From Candidatus Latescibacterota bacterium (GTDB lineage: Bacteria; Latescibacterota; UBA2968; UBA8231): a DNA stretch of 64,000 nt. The stretch is taken from positions 2,112,001 to 2,176,000 of the forward strand of contig CBDCSU010000006.1 in the NCBI GenBank assembly GCA_965221775.1, in the 5' to 3' direction. Of the stretch, positions 10,603 through 19,798 are shown piece by piece (the stretch's first letter is position 1; each line of letters starts with the position of its first letter). The notes under the pieces are model-generated. The model searched no databases. It was not told the origin of the DNA and worked only from the letters and a program-made list of their open reading frames with translations. Made by a program: the position numbers and the translations under genes.

Positions 10603-11337
10603 TCAGAGCCCCCGTTCCTGGATGATGTTCTCGGTCACCACGCGGCCGTCGAAGAGGTGGATGATGCGGTGGGCGTGGTCGGCGTAGGCCGGCGAGTGGG
10701 TGACCATGACGATGGTCGTGTCGGACTCGTTCAGCTCCGTGAGCATGGCCATCACCTCGTCGCCGTGGCGGGAGTCGAGGTTGCCCGTGGGCTCGTCGGC
10801 CAGGATCAGCCGGGGCTTGGCGACGACGGCGCGGGCCACCGCCACCCGCTGCTGCTGGCCGCCGGAGAGCTGCTGCGGGAAGTGCTTCTCCCGGTGGGCG
10901 ATCTGCACCTGGTCGAGGGCCTCGGCGACGCGTTGCCGCCGCTCGCCGGCGGGCAGGCCCAGGTAGAGCAGGGGCAGCTCCACGTTCTCGTAGACGGTGA
11001 GCTCGTCGATGAGGTTGAAGCTCTGGAAGACGAAGCCGATCGTCCCCTTGCGCAGGTTGGCGCGGTTGCGCTCGGAGTACGAGGCCACCTCCTCCCCGCA
11101 CAGCCAGTACTCCCCCTCCGTCGGGTTGTCGAGCAGGCCGAGGAGGTTCAGCAGCGTCGACTTGCCGCATCCCGAGGGCCCCATGATGGCCACGAACTCG
11201 CCCTCGTGGATCTCGATGTTGACGTTGTCCAGGGCCGTGGTCTCCACCTCCTCGGTGGTGAAGAGCTTGCGCAACCCCTGGGTCCGGATCAGGGACTCCC
11301 TGTCGTTCCCGTTGCCGTTGGTCCTCTCGTCGGTCAT
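10603..11337 (-). CDS. ABC transporter ATP-binding protein (LolD/MacB-type)
   Basis: [32 protein letters not shown] motifs. Confidence 0.95.
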   Translation of the reverse strand: MTDERTNGNGNDRESLIRTQGLRKLFTTEEVETTALDNVNIEIHEGEFVAIMGPSGCGKSTLLNLLGLLDNPTEGEYWLCGEEVASYSERNRANLRKGTIGFVFQSFNLIDELTVYENVELPLLYLGLPAGERRQRVAEALDQVQIAHREKHFPQQLSGGQQQRVAVARAVVAKPRLILADEPTGNLDSRHGDEVMAMLTELNESDTTIVMVTHSPAYADHAHRIIHLFDGRVVTENIIQERGL

Positions 11338-11374
11338 CGCCTGTTCTCCCTCTGTATGGGTTTGGTTCCGTGTG

Positions 11375-12721
11375 TCACTTGAGGACGAGGACGTCCATGT
11401 CCTCGCCGAAGCTCTCGTAGCCGGAGGTGATGACCCGCTCGCCCGGCTGCAGTCCCTCCAGCACCTCGTAGACCTTGGGGTTCTGGCGGCCGAGGCGGAT
11501 GTCCCGCCTCACGGCGCGGTCGCCGGAGGGCTCGAGCACGTAGGCCCAGTGTCCGCCGGTGGCTTGGTAGAACCCGCCCCGGGCGACCTGGGTGGCCTCC
11601 TCGAGATCCCCCAGCTCCAGGCGGATCTGCAGGGTCTGGCCGCGGCGGATGCCCTCCGGCGCGTCGCCCTCGAAGACCAGGTCGACCTCGAAGCGGCCCT
11701 CCTCCACCTCCGGGTAGACCTTGCGGATCACCAGGCCGAGGGGCTGGCCGTCGTGGTCGAGCTGGCCGCGCTGGCCGCGGTCGACGCGGGCGATGTAGTG
11801 CTCGTCGATGGCGGCCTCGACCTTGAAGCCGTCGAGGATGTCGATCTTGCCCAGGCGCGTGCCCGACCCCTTGCTCTCGCCGATCTCGGCGGCGAGGGCG
11901 GTGAGTTGCCCGGAGACCGGGGCGCGCACGGTGAGGTCGTCGAGGCGCCGGCGGATGATCTCCAGGTTGCGCTCCATGCGCTCCACCGCCGCCCGGGCCT
12001 GCACCACCCGGTCCACGGCCAGCAGCGAGTCCTGGCGGTGGGTCTCGCGGGTGAGGGCGAGCTTGCGGGCGTTGTACTCGTAGTTGTCGCGCAGCTTCTC
12101 GTAGTCCTGCAGGGGCATGATCGCCGCCAGGTCCTCCCGCGACAGGGAGGAGTAGCGCTCGAAGTTGCGGCGGTCGATCTGCGCCCGGTACTCGATCTCC
12201 ATGAGGCGCTGCCGGGAGCCGAGCAGGTCCTGCTCCATGGAGAGGCGGTTGCTGTGCAGCTCCTCGATCTTGCGCTCCAGCCCCGACTCCTGCTGCAGCA
12301 CGTGCAGCTCGAGCTCGGGATTGGCCAGGCGCAGAAGGGGGTCGCCTTCCGTCACGTTGGCCCCTTCCTCGACGAAGAGGCGCTGAACCTGGCCGCTCTC
12401 GAGGGCGTCGAGGTAGACGGTGCGGATGGGCAGCACCGTGCCGCGGACGGGGGTGTACTCCTGGAAGGGGCCGTGCACGACCTCGGAGATCGTCAGCCGG
12501 TCGCGGTCGACGTTGAGCTTGCGCACGCCGCTGTCCTTGAGCAGCCCCCAGGCGGCGAAGACTACGAAGAGCCCGGCGCCGGCGGCCCCGGCGATCCTGC
12601 GCGGGGGCCACCTCCGCCTGCTTATCTTCCTGTCCATGGCGGCGCCGCTGCCGGTGCTGCCTTCGGCGGTGCCGCCATCGACGAGGGCCGAAGCGATGGG
12701 TATCTGAACGGTTGTGGGCAT
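11375..12721 (-). CDS. Efflux periplasmic adaptor / membrane fusion protein (HlyD/MacA family)
   Basis: N-terminal TM, lipoyl motifs (GQVQRLFVEEG, VRAPVSG), coiled-coil hairpin, GLQPGERVI. AGGAGA RBS before ATG 12721; alternative start 12637. Confidence 0.92.
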   Translation of the reverse strand: MPTTVQIPIASALVDGGTAEGSTGSGAAMDRKISRRRWPPRRIAGAAGAGLFVVFAAWGLLKDSGVRKLNVDRDRLTISEVVHGPFQEYTPVRGTVLPIRTVYLDALESGQVQRLFVEEGANVTEGDPLLRLANPELELHVLQQESGLERKIEELHSNRLSMEQDLLGSRQRLMEIEYRAQIDRRNFERYSSLSREDLAAIMPLQDYEKLRDNYEYNARKLALTRETHRQDSLLAVDRVVQARAAVERMERNLEIIRRRLDDLTVRAPVSGQLTALAAEIGESKGSGTRLGKIDILDGFKVEAAIDEHYIARVDRGQRGQLDHDGQPLGLVIRKVYPEVEEGRFEVDLVFEGDAPEGIRRGQTLQIRLELGDLEEATQVARGGFYQATGGHWAYVLEPSGDRAVRRDIRLGRQNPKVYEVLEGLQPGERVITSGYESFGEDMDVLVLK

Positions 12722-12764
12722 GATGCTTGCAGTTTCTCCTGTTGCACGCTCTGCGATCGCAGAC

Positions 12765-12780
12765 CGCAAGATGCATGCCA
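12765..12780 (-). promoter_or_regulatory. sigma54 (-24/-12) promoter of the adaptor-ATPase operon
   Basis: Minus strand TGGCATGCATCTTGCG has exact GG-N10-GC spacing. Confidence 0.8.
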
Positions 12781-12847
12781 TTTCCCCCAAGATACTGGAG
12801 CGCAACAGGATGAGCACTTTTGGCCCGAACCGCCCGAGAGACGGAGG

Positions 12848-12885
12848 TGCACGCCGGCGATACACGCGGTGTCCGTTGGCGTACA
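12848..12885. promoter_or_regulatory. Putative bEBP enhancer (UAS), tandem sites
   Basis: TGCACGCCGGCGATACA-cgcgg-TGTCCGTTGGCGTACA contains TGT-N10-ACA and matches 48273-48309. Confidence 0.65.
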
Positions 12886-12898
12886 CCGGGAGGCTGTC

Positions 12899-14284
12899 AT
12901 GAGGCCCGCCGCCGAGCCCAGGGTCCTGGTCGTCGACGACGATCCGGACGTCCTCGTCGCCGCCCGGCTGCTGCTCAAGCAGGAGGGCTACCGGGTCCGC
13001 ACCGAGGCCGACCCCCACGTGATCCCCGCGGTGCTGCGCGACGATGCGCCCGACATCGTGCTCCTGGACATGAACTACAGCCAGGACGCGGCCTCGGGCC
13101 GCGAGGGGTTCTACTGGCTGCAGCAGATCCGCCAGCTGGACCCCGAGGCGGTGGTCATCCCCATCACCGCGTACGGCGACGTGGAGATGGCGGTGCGCGC
13201 CGTCCGCGAGGGGGCGGTGGACTTCGTCCTCAAGCCGTGGCAGAACGAGAAGCTGCTGGCCACCCTGTCGGCGGCGGCGCAGCTGCGCCGCTCGCGGTCG
13301 GAGGCCCGGGGCCTGCGCTCGCGCCAGGACCAGCTGGCCGCCGACCTCGACCAGCCCTTCGTCGACATCATCGGCGACTCGCCGCCCATGCGCGAGATCT
13401 TCGACACCATCGCCAAGGTCTCCGCCACCGACGCCAACGTCCTCATCCTCGGCGAGAACGGCTCCGGCAAGGAGCTGGTGGCCCGCGAGATCCACCGCCG
13501 CTCGGCGCGCGCCGGCGAGGTCTTCATCTCCGTCGACATGGGCGCCGTCTCCGAGAGCCTCTTCGACAGCGAGCTCTTCGGCCACGTGAAGGGCGCCTTC
13601 ACCGACGCGCGCTCGGACCGCGCCGGCCGCTTCGAGGTCGCCTCGGGCGGCACCCTGTTCCTCGACGAGATCGGCAACCTGCCGCTGCCGCTGCAGGCCA
13701 AGCTGCTCACCTGCCTGCAGAGCCGCGAGGTGGTGCGCGTCGGCTCGAACAAGCCGGTCCCCATCGACGTGCGCCTCCTGTGCGCCACCAACATGCCGGT
13801 GTACGACATGGTCGGCGAGGGAGGCTTCCGCCAGGACCTGCTCTACCGCATCAACACGATCGAGGTGCGCATCCCGCCCCTGCGCGAGCGCCCCGGCGAC
13901 ATCGAGGCCCTGGTGGACCACTACCTCGACCAGTACGGGAAGAAGTACGGCCGCCCGGTGCGCGGCCTCTCCCGCGGCGCCCTGGAGAAGCTGCGCGCCT
14001 ACGCCTGGCCGGGGAACGTGCGCGAGCTGCAGCACGCCGTGGAGCGCGCCGTCATCATGGCCGAGGGACCCCGGCTGGAGGCCGACGACTTCCTGCTCAC
14101 CGCGCCCGGACCGGCCCCCGCGGGGGAGGCGGAGAGCTTCGACAGCTACAACCTCGAGGACGTGGAGCGGGTGGTCATCGAGCGCGTCCTGCGCAAGCAC
14201 CAGGGCAACGTCAGCCACGCCGCCCGCGAGCTGGGCCTGACGCGCACCTCCCTCTACCGGAGGATGGAGAAGTATGGCCTCTGA
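12899..14284 (+). CDS. sigma54-dependent NtrC-family response regulator (REC-AAA+-Fis HTH)
   Basis: VVDDD, LLDMN, KPW, GENGSGKE, ELFGHVKGAFTDA, FLDEIG, WPGNVREL and a C-terminal HTH. Confidence 0.95.
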   Translation: MRPAAEPRVLVVDDDPDVLVAARLLLKQEGYRVRTEADPHVIPAVLRDDAPDIVLLDMNYSQDAASGREGFYWLQQIRQLDPEAVVIPITAYGDVEMAVRAVREGAVDFVLKPWQNEKLLATLSAAAQLRRSRSEARGLRSRQDQLAADLDQPFVDIIGDSPPMREIFDTIAKVSATDANVLILGENGSGKELVAREIHRRSARAGEVFISVDMGAVSESLFDSELFGHVKGAFTDARSDRAGRFEVASGGTLFLDEIGNLPLPLQAKLLTCLQSREVVRVGSNKPVPIDVRLLCATNMPVYDMVGEGGFRQDLLYRINTIEVRIPPLRERPGDIEALVDHYLDQYGKKYGRPVRGLSRGALEKLRAYAWPGNVRELQHAVERAVIMAEGPRLEADDFLLTAPGPAPAGEAESFDSYNLEDVERVVIERVLRKHQGNVSHAARELGLTRTSLYRRMEKYGL

Positions 14285-15632
14285 CCGGCCGCGGAGCCGG
14301 CGATCGGTGTTCGGCAACTTCCGCGCGCAGGTGGTGCTGCGCGTCCTGCTCCTGGGCCTCTCCCTGATGCTCCTGCCGCTGTCGCTGCGGAACCTCGACT
14401 ACCCGGCGGTCCCCCTGGTCATCGGGGTCCTCGCGGCCTTCCAGGTGTGGTCGCTGATCCGCTTCGTGGACCGCACCAACCGCGACCTGGCGCGCTTCTT
14501 CCAGGCCGTGCGCTACTCCGACTTCTCCCAGACCTACGTCACCGGCGGCCTCGGGTCGTCCTTCGACGAGCTGAAGCGCTCCTTCAACGAGGTCCTCGAC
14601 GCCTTCCGGGCGACCCGCGCCGAGAAGGAGGAGCAGGCCCTCTACCTGCAGATGGTGGTGCAGCACATCGGCGTCGGCCTCGTCGCCTTCGACCGCCAGG
14701 GCGAGGTGTCGCTGATCAACAACGCCGCCAAGCGTCTGCTGCGGGTCAACCGCCTCGCCAACATCTCCGACCTCGAGTCGCGGGGCCCCGGCCTGGCGCA
14801 GACCCTGACCACCCTGGGCCCGCGCCGGAAGGCCCTGCTGCGCCTGGAGGAGGACGGCGAGGTCCGCCAGCTGGCCTGCTTCGCCGCCCTGTTCCGCACG
14901 GGGGAGGAGGAGCACCGCCTCGTCTCGCTCCACGACATCCAGTCCGAGCTGGAGGAGCAGGAGATGGAGGCCTGGCAGCGGCTGATCCGGGTGCTCACGC
15001 ACGAGATCATGAACTCGATCACGCCCATCGCCTCATTGTCCGCCACCGCCGAAGGGCTGCTGCAGCAGGAGACCATCGCCGGGGAGGACGTGAGCGACGT
15101 GCGCACCGCCGTGCACACGATCCAGCGCCGGTCGCAGGGTCTGCTGCAGTTCGTCGACGCCTACCGCGACCTCACGCGGGTGCCGGCCCCCGACTTCCAG
15201 ATCACCCCGGTGAGCGGCCTCTTCGAGCGCGTGACCCAGCTCATGGCCCACCAGTTCGAGGAGGCGGGGGTGGAGCTCGTCCACGCCGTCGACCCGCCCT
15301 CCCTGGAGGTGACCGCCGACCCCGGGCAGGTGGAGCAGGTGCTCATCAACCTGCTGCGCAACGCCTGCGACGCCGCCGGGGGGCGCGACGGGGCGCGGGT
15401 GGAGCTGACCGCCTCCATGGACCGGGACCGCGTCGTCATCGACGTCGCCGACAACGGGACCGGCATCGTCGAGGAGGCCCTGGACAAGCTCTTCATCCCC
15501 TTCTTCACCACCAAGCAGGACGGCTCGGGGATCGGCCTGAGCCTGTGCCGGCAGATCATGCGCCTGCACCGGGGCACGATCTCGGCGCGGTCCGAACCGG
15601 GGGTGCGGACGGAGTTCTCCTTGAGGTTCTGA
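14274..15632 (+). CDS. Membrane sensor histidine kinase
   Basis: Two TMs, PAS-like region, H-box LTHEIMNS, N-box NLLRNA, DNGTG, FFTTK, GSGIGL. Confidence 0.95.
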   Translation: MASDRPRSRRSVFGNFRAQVVLRVLLLGLSLMLLPLSLRNLDYPAVPLVIGVLAAFQVWSLIRFVDRTNRDLARFFQAVRYSDFSQTYVTGGLGSSFDELKRSFNEVLDAFRATRAEKEEQALYLQMVVQHIGVGLVAFDRQGEVSLINNAAKRLLRVNRLANISDLESRGPGLAQTLTTLGPRRKALLRLEEDGEVRQLACFAALFRTGEEEHRLVSLHDIQSELEEQEMEAWQRLIRVLTHEIMNSITPIASLSATAEGLLQQETIAGEDVSDVRTAVHTIQRRSQGLLQFVDAYRDLTRVPAPDFQITPVSGLFERVTQLMAHQFEEAGVELVHAVDPPSLEVTADPGQVEQVLINLLRNACDAAGGRDGARVELTASMDRDRVVIDVADNGTGIVEEALDKLFIPFFTTKQDGSGIGLSLCRQIMRLHRGTISARSEPGVRTEFSLRF

Positions 15633-15649
15633 TACGTTGCCATAAACGG

Positions 15650-16021
15650 GCTTTCGTCCGCCGCCACGTCACCCTTCGGCTGCAGCACCACGACCAGGCT
15701 TCGCTGCTGGCGGGCAAGCTGCACGCCGTCCTGCAGCGGCCCTGGCCCAAGGGCCGCGACTTCTACGACCTGATGTGGTACCTGAGCGATCCCGAGTGGC
15801 CGGCGCCCAACCTGGTCCTGCTCGACAACGCGCTGCGGCAGAGCGGATGGGAGGGGGATCTTCCGACCCGGCACACCTGGCGGGGTATCGTCCGCCGCCG
15901 GCTGCAGTCGGCAGACTGGGATCGCCTGAAGGCCGACGTGGGCCCCTTCCTCGAGCCGGGGGCCGACCTTGAGCTGATGACCCGGGAGAATCTGGAGCTG
16001 GCCCTTGGCGCGGGGCCCTGA
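15650..16021 (+). pseudogene. 5'-truncated AbiEii/AbiGii-family nucleotidyltransferase toxin fragment
   Basis: Frame reads SLLAGKLHAVLQRPWPKGRDFYDLMWYL...DVGPFL. There is no start codon or N-terminal half; it begins right after the kinase stop. Confidence 0.7.
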
Positions 16022-16142
16022 CGGCCTCGGTCTGCTGGTGGCGCAGGGATCCTGCTTGCGCCGGGTGCGCCCGGGCCGCCCCCGCCCCGGCTTGACGATG
16101 TCCATGTTCGCGCCTAACTCGGACCCGAGGAGGGAACCCGCC

Positions 16143-17405
16143 ATGGGCTTCGAGACGGCACGAGGGACGGCTGAGGGGATCACCGGCCGAGCGATCCTGT
16201 CCACCTTGACGATTTCGCTGCTGCCATTGGTTTCGTGCGGCGTCAACGAGGTGACCATTCGCATAGAGGGAGGCGACGGGAACAAGGTCCGGCTGGACGC
16301 CAGCGAGGTTCGGCCCGGATTCAACCGCGTCGTCGACGCGGGGTCCGTTTCCTTCGGAGATGTCGAGGAAGGGGCCTACGCCATCCACGTCGTGACGAGC
16401 CAGCGGCTGATGAGCGACAGCCTGAAGGTGGCGGCGGCGCCCCTCACGGGCGTTCGCAGCTATGGGTTGACGGTCACCATCCCCGGCGGCCACAACGGCG
16501 GCTATCAGCCCCAGGGAACCATCCTCTACACGGCCACGCCGGCGGCGGTGCTGGACTGGGATCTCTACACCATCCCCGCCGCCGGCGGGGAACCGACCCG
16601 CCTCACCGACACGCCCGAGTTCGAGCAGTACCCCGCATGGTCCGCCGACGGCCGGGAGATCGCCTTCGCCCGCGGCCACGTGACAACCAACATCGACATC
16701 TACGTGATGGCGGCGGAGGGCGGCGGCGAGCGCCGCCTCACCGAGCACCCCGAGCGGGACGAACAGCCGGCCTGGTCCCCCGACGGCGGCACCATCGCCT
16801 TCCTCAGCCATCGCGACGGCGACGTGGCGATCTGGCTCATGGACCCGGACGGCGGCAACAAGCGCAAGCTGGCGCTGGGACGGGAGCCGGCGTGGTCTCC
16901 GGACGGAAACCACATCGCCTTCACCTCCGGGCAGTACGACGGCAATGACGAGATCTACCTCATCGACGCCGATGGCTCCAACCTCCGGCGCCTCACCACG
17001 GACTCCCACTACGACTGGCACGCGGCCTGGTCTCCCGAAGGCCGCCGCCTGGCCTTCAACTCCGAACGTTTCGGGGGCGAGGAACTGATGCTGGCCGATG
17101 TCGAGAGCGGGAGGCAGGTGCGCGTCACGGTGGCCAAGCACACCTTCGAGCAGGACCCCGTCTGGTCACCGGACGGCCGGGCCCTGGCCTACCAGGGGAA
17201 GATGAACTTCCGGGAAGACGGCACCCTGGACGTGCACTTCAGCAACTGGACCGGCAAGCACACCCCCCAGGGCGCCTTCGACATCTTCATCGTGTCCCCC
17301 GTCGGCTTCGATTGGGATCACGTCGAGGAGCGCCCGGTCATGCCGGTCAATCTCACCAACACCCCCGACCGGGAGGAACGGTCGCCCAGGTGGCGTCCCT
17401 TCTGA
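16143..17405 (+). CDS. TolB-like PD40 beta-propeller lipoprotein
   Basis: Lipobox LVSC and five PAWSPDG-type repeats; GAGG RBS. Confidence 0.85.
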   Translation: MGFETARGTAEGITGRAILSTLTISLLPLVSCGVNEVTIRIEGGDGNKVRLDASEVRPGFNRVVDAGSVSFGDVEEGAYAIHVVTSQRLMSDSLKVAAAPLTGVRSYGLTVTIPGGHNGGYQPQGTILYTATPAAVLDWDLYTIPAAGGEPTRLTDTPEFEQYPAWSADGREIAFARGHVTTNIDIYVMAAEGGGERRLTEHPERDEQPAWSPDGGTIAFLSHRDGDVAIWLMDPDGGNKRKLALGREPAWSPDGNHIAFTSGQYDGNDEIYLIDADGSNLRRLTTDSHYDWHAAWSPEGRRLAFNSERFGGEELMLADVESGRQVRVTVAKHTFEQDPVWSPDGRALAYQGKMNFREDGTLDVHFSNWTGKHTPQGAFDIFIVSPVGFDWDHVEERPVMPVNLTNTPDREERSPRWRPF

Positions 17406-17409
17406 TCTG

Positions 17410-17613
17410 TCAGGACCGGGATCCGCAAGATGGGTCCGCATCGAGGGTTCCTCGCTCCCGCCGCTTCCTTGCCCAAGGTGTCTCCACGCCGTACTTCCGG
17501 CACAGCCGCCCGAAGCTGCGCAGGGTGATTCCGAGGGCGGCGCAAGCCTCCGTGTTGGTCGGGTACATGCGGGCGGCTCGCTCGATGGTCGCCTTGTCGA
17601 ATCCCCGATTCAC
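17410..17613 (-). CDS. Small putative helix-turn-helix protein (67 aa)
   Basis: VNRGFDKATIERAARMYPTNTEACAALGITLRSFGRLCRKYGVETP resembles a Fis-like HTH; purine-rich RBS before GTG 17613. Confidence 0.6.
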   Translation of the reverse strand: MNRGFDKATIERAARMYPTNTEACAALGITLRSFGRLCRKYGVETPWARKRRERGTLDADPSCGSRS

Positions 17614-17764
17614 CCCTTCCCCCCTTCTGGTGAAGGATGAAGGCCGGGCCAATCCCGGCGACTGGGACGAGGACCGTACAGCAACCCCCGTGCCTTCGGT
17701 CACGAAGGCACGCCGCAGGAGAAGGAGATGATGAGCCGTGGGAGTGTACCGTGTGGATGTGGCC

Positions 17765-17803
17765 GGATCCGCCACCGCCGGGGCGGGATCCGCCACCGCC
17801 GGG
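17765..17803. repeat. Tandem direct repeat (GGATCCGCCACCGCCGGG x2, period 21)
   Basis: Seen directly in the intergenic sequence. Confidence 0.8.
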
Positions 17804-17899
17804 CGGAAGGTGCAGGAAGGCGAGCGGGCTGGCCACCAGCATCAGGCGCGCCAACTCTCCGGCCAGGAGCCGGCCGATCTCGGCTCCCGTGCCCCTCAG

Positions 17900-19327
17900 T
17901 CACAACAACTCACCCCCGGCTCCGCGCCGGCCCTGAATGATGTTGTGACCAACGGTGAAGCAGAGCTCGCTCGCCGGGATGAAGTTCAGCGAGACTCCTC
18001 CCCGGGTTACAGTCGACCTGACAGTCCGTGAAGTAACCCACGCCTGCGTCAGGCCGTTGGCGTGGCAGAAAGCCACCAGGGGGTCGAGTTCCTCCGGTCG
18101 GGTCGGATACCGGTCGGACCATTTCACCTCAACGGCCCAGATCGGCTCTTGGGCCGCGTTGAGCCGTACCATGTCGACTTCACCGTTCCTCCAACGCCCG
18201 TAGAAGAGCTGCGCATCTTCGTCGTGGAAGTACTGTGAGAAGACCGCCGTTTCAGCCAGTGCGCCCAGCTCCGGCGCCTCGGGTGCCACCGGCGCGAAGA
18301 GCGCGGCCCGCATCGATGGGTTGGTCAGGTAGACCTTGAACCGGCGCGCTCTGCGAAACCGGCGTGCCGATTCATCTATCCGGTGGACCGCCCTTATCAG
18401 GAAGGCTGCCTCCAGGTACTCGACGTAGCGCTTGATCGTGTTCTTCGCGACACCTGAGCTGGTCGATAGATCCTGGAGAGACAACTCGCCGGCGGTGTTG
18501 AAAGCGAGCGTCGTGAAGAGCCTGTTGAGTTCCGGGACGTCACTGATTCCATACAGACTCGGCAAGTCTCTCAGCAGGACCTTGTCGATGATATCCCCCT
18601 TTATGAACCGCGACGGGTTGGCCTGTATCGCCTCCGAGAACACGACCTCGGGATATCCTCCGTAGTTGAGGTAGTGGAGAAAGTGGTCATTGAGGCGAGG
18701 GAGATCTTCAGCCTGAAACAGCGGCCGTCCCTGCACCTCTCGCTCCTTCAGGAGATCGCCCTCTCCCAACAGGTCGAGGTACTCGTGGAAGGTCAGTGGA
18801 GGGAGCAGGAAGTCAGTGAACCTTCCGGCTCCGGACTCCAGACTCTTCAGGCTCAGCGCCGCGGCGGCGGAGCCTGAGACGATGAGCTTGAGGGACGGCT
18901 CGCGATCGACCAGCGCCTTGAGATGGACCTCCCACTCCTTGAGATACTGCACCTCGTCGAAAAAGACATAGGCGGTCTGGCCTCGATCCGCGTCGGCGGC
19001 TTGACGATAGAGGTCGATGAGCGCTTCGAGTCCCAGATCGTTGTAGAGCGGGTGGTCGACCGAGACATACGCTATCTGTTTGGCGGCGACACCTTGGTCG
19101 AGCAGGGCCCCGATGGCGTGGTGAATGAGCACCGTTTTCCCGACCCGCCGGGGTCCCATGAGGACAACGGCCCGTCGCACCTCGAGTTCGGTGATCAGTG
19201 GAAAGAAGAGAGCGAAATAGGCGCGGGGCCTGAGTGTAGCGAGTTCATCGCCGATGCCCTGCCCTGCCCACCACGGATTCTCGGCTCGGATCCGTTCGCG
19301 CAGCTGCCCGGGGTCTATCTGCCGCAT
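17900..19327 (-). CDS. AAA+ superfamily ATPase (AAA_14 + DUF4143 type)
   Basis: GPRRVGKT, FFDEVQ, VSGS, GRF, GGYPE and a C-terminal EVD...AVEVKW nuclease-like motif. Confidence 0.9.
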   Translation of the reverse strand: MRQIDPGQLRERIRAENPWWAGQGIGDELATLRPRAYFALFFPLITELEVRRAVVLMGPRRVGKTVLIHHAIGALLDQGVAAKQIAYVSVDHPLYNDLGLEALIDLYRQAADADRGQTAYVFFDEVQYLKEWEVHLKALVDREPSLKLIVSGSAAAALSLKSLESGAGRFTDFLLPPLTFHEYLDLLGEGDLLKEREVQGRPLFQAEDLPRLNDHFLHYLNYGGYPEVVFSEAIQANPSRFIKGDIIDKVLLRDLPSLYGISDVPELNRLFTTLAFNTAGELSLQDLSTSSGVAKNTIKRYVEYLEAAFLIRAVHRIDESARRFRRARRFKVYLTNPSMRAALFAPVAPEAPELGALAETAVFSQYFHDEDAQLFYGRWRNGEVDMVRLNAAQEPIWAVEVKWSDRYPTRPEELDPLVAFCHANGLTQAWVTSRTVRSTVTRGGVSLNFIPASELCFTVGHNIIQGRRGAGGELL

Positions 19328-19798
19328 GAGTTACTCGGGGAAATAGAGTCAGAGCATTGACGCTAACGGAATATGGATGACATCTCGGATAGAGTCAATG
19401 GCCTGATCTTATTTCTCCGTCGAGCCATAACCGAGTGCGGCACAAGGCGTTGCCAACAACAGACAGTGACCTCCTCGCTGCTCAACGCCTGGACGCAGCA
19501 GCAGGTCCGCCGGGCGAGGTCCTCGGCCTGGCCGGCGATACCGTGCGGTTCATGCTGCGTCGCCAGTCGTTCAGCGCGGCGGTTCCCAGCCAGCGTGGCT
19601 GACAAGCGACACGGGGTTGTCCACCTGCAGCATGCGGGCCACGGCTTCTACTTGGATTGCTTCGCTCTGAAGGCGGGTGCCGAGCACGCAGGCGTCGTCA
19701 GGCGGGCACCTTGCTTCCCCGCGTGACAGATAGCTCTTGAGCATGGACTACTCCAGCGAGGGCCGAGCCAGGCGAGCTCGTCTCTCCTGGTGGCCGAC

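Noticed and set aside
10997-14317. 1095-aa and 980-aa ORF-track calls spanning the regulator and adaptor
   Set aside because: Artefactual upstream extensions; motifs, RBS and promoter place the starts at 12899 (+) and 12721 (-).
16092-16120. TTGACG-based sigma70 promoter upstream of the TolB-like gene
   Set aside because: The -10 element (TAACTC) is too weak to support.
19363-19726. ORFs of 117 aa (+) and 80 aa (-) between the ATPase and the array
   Set aside because: No recognisable motifs, RBS or typical codon usage.
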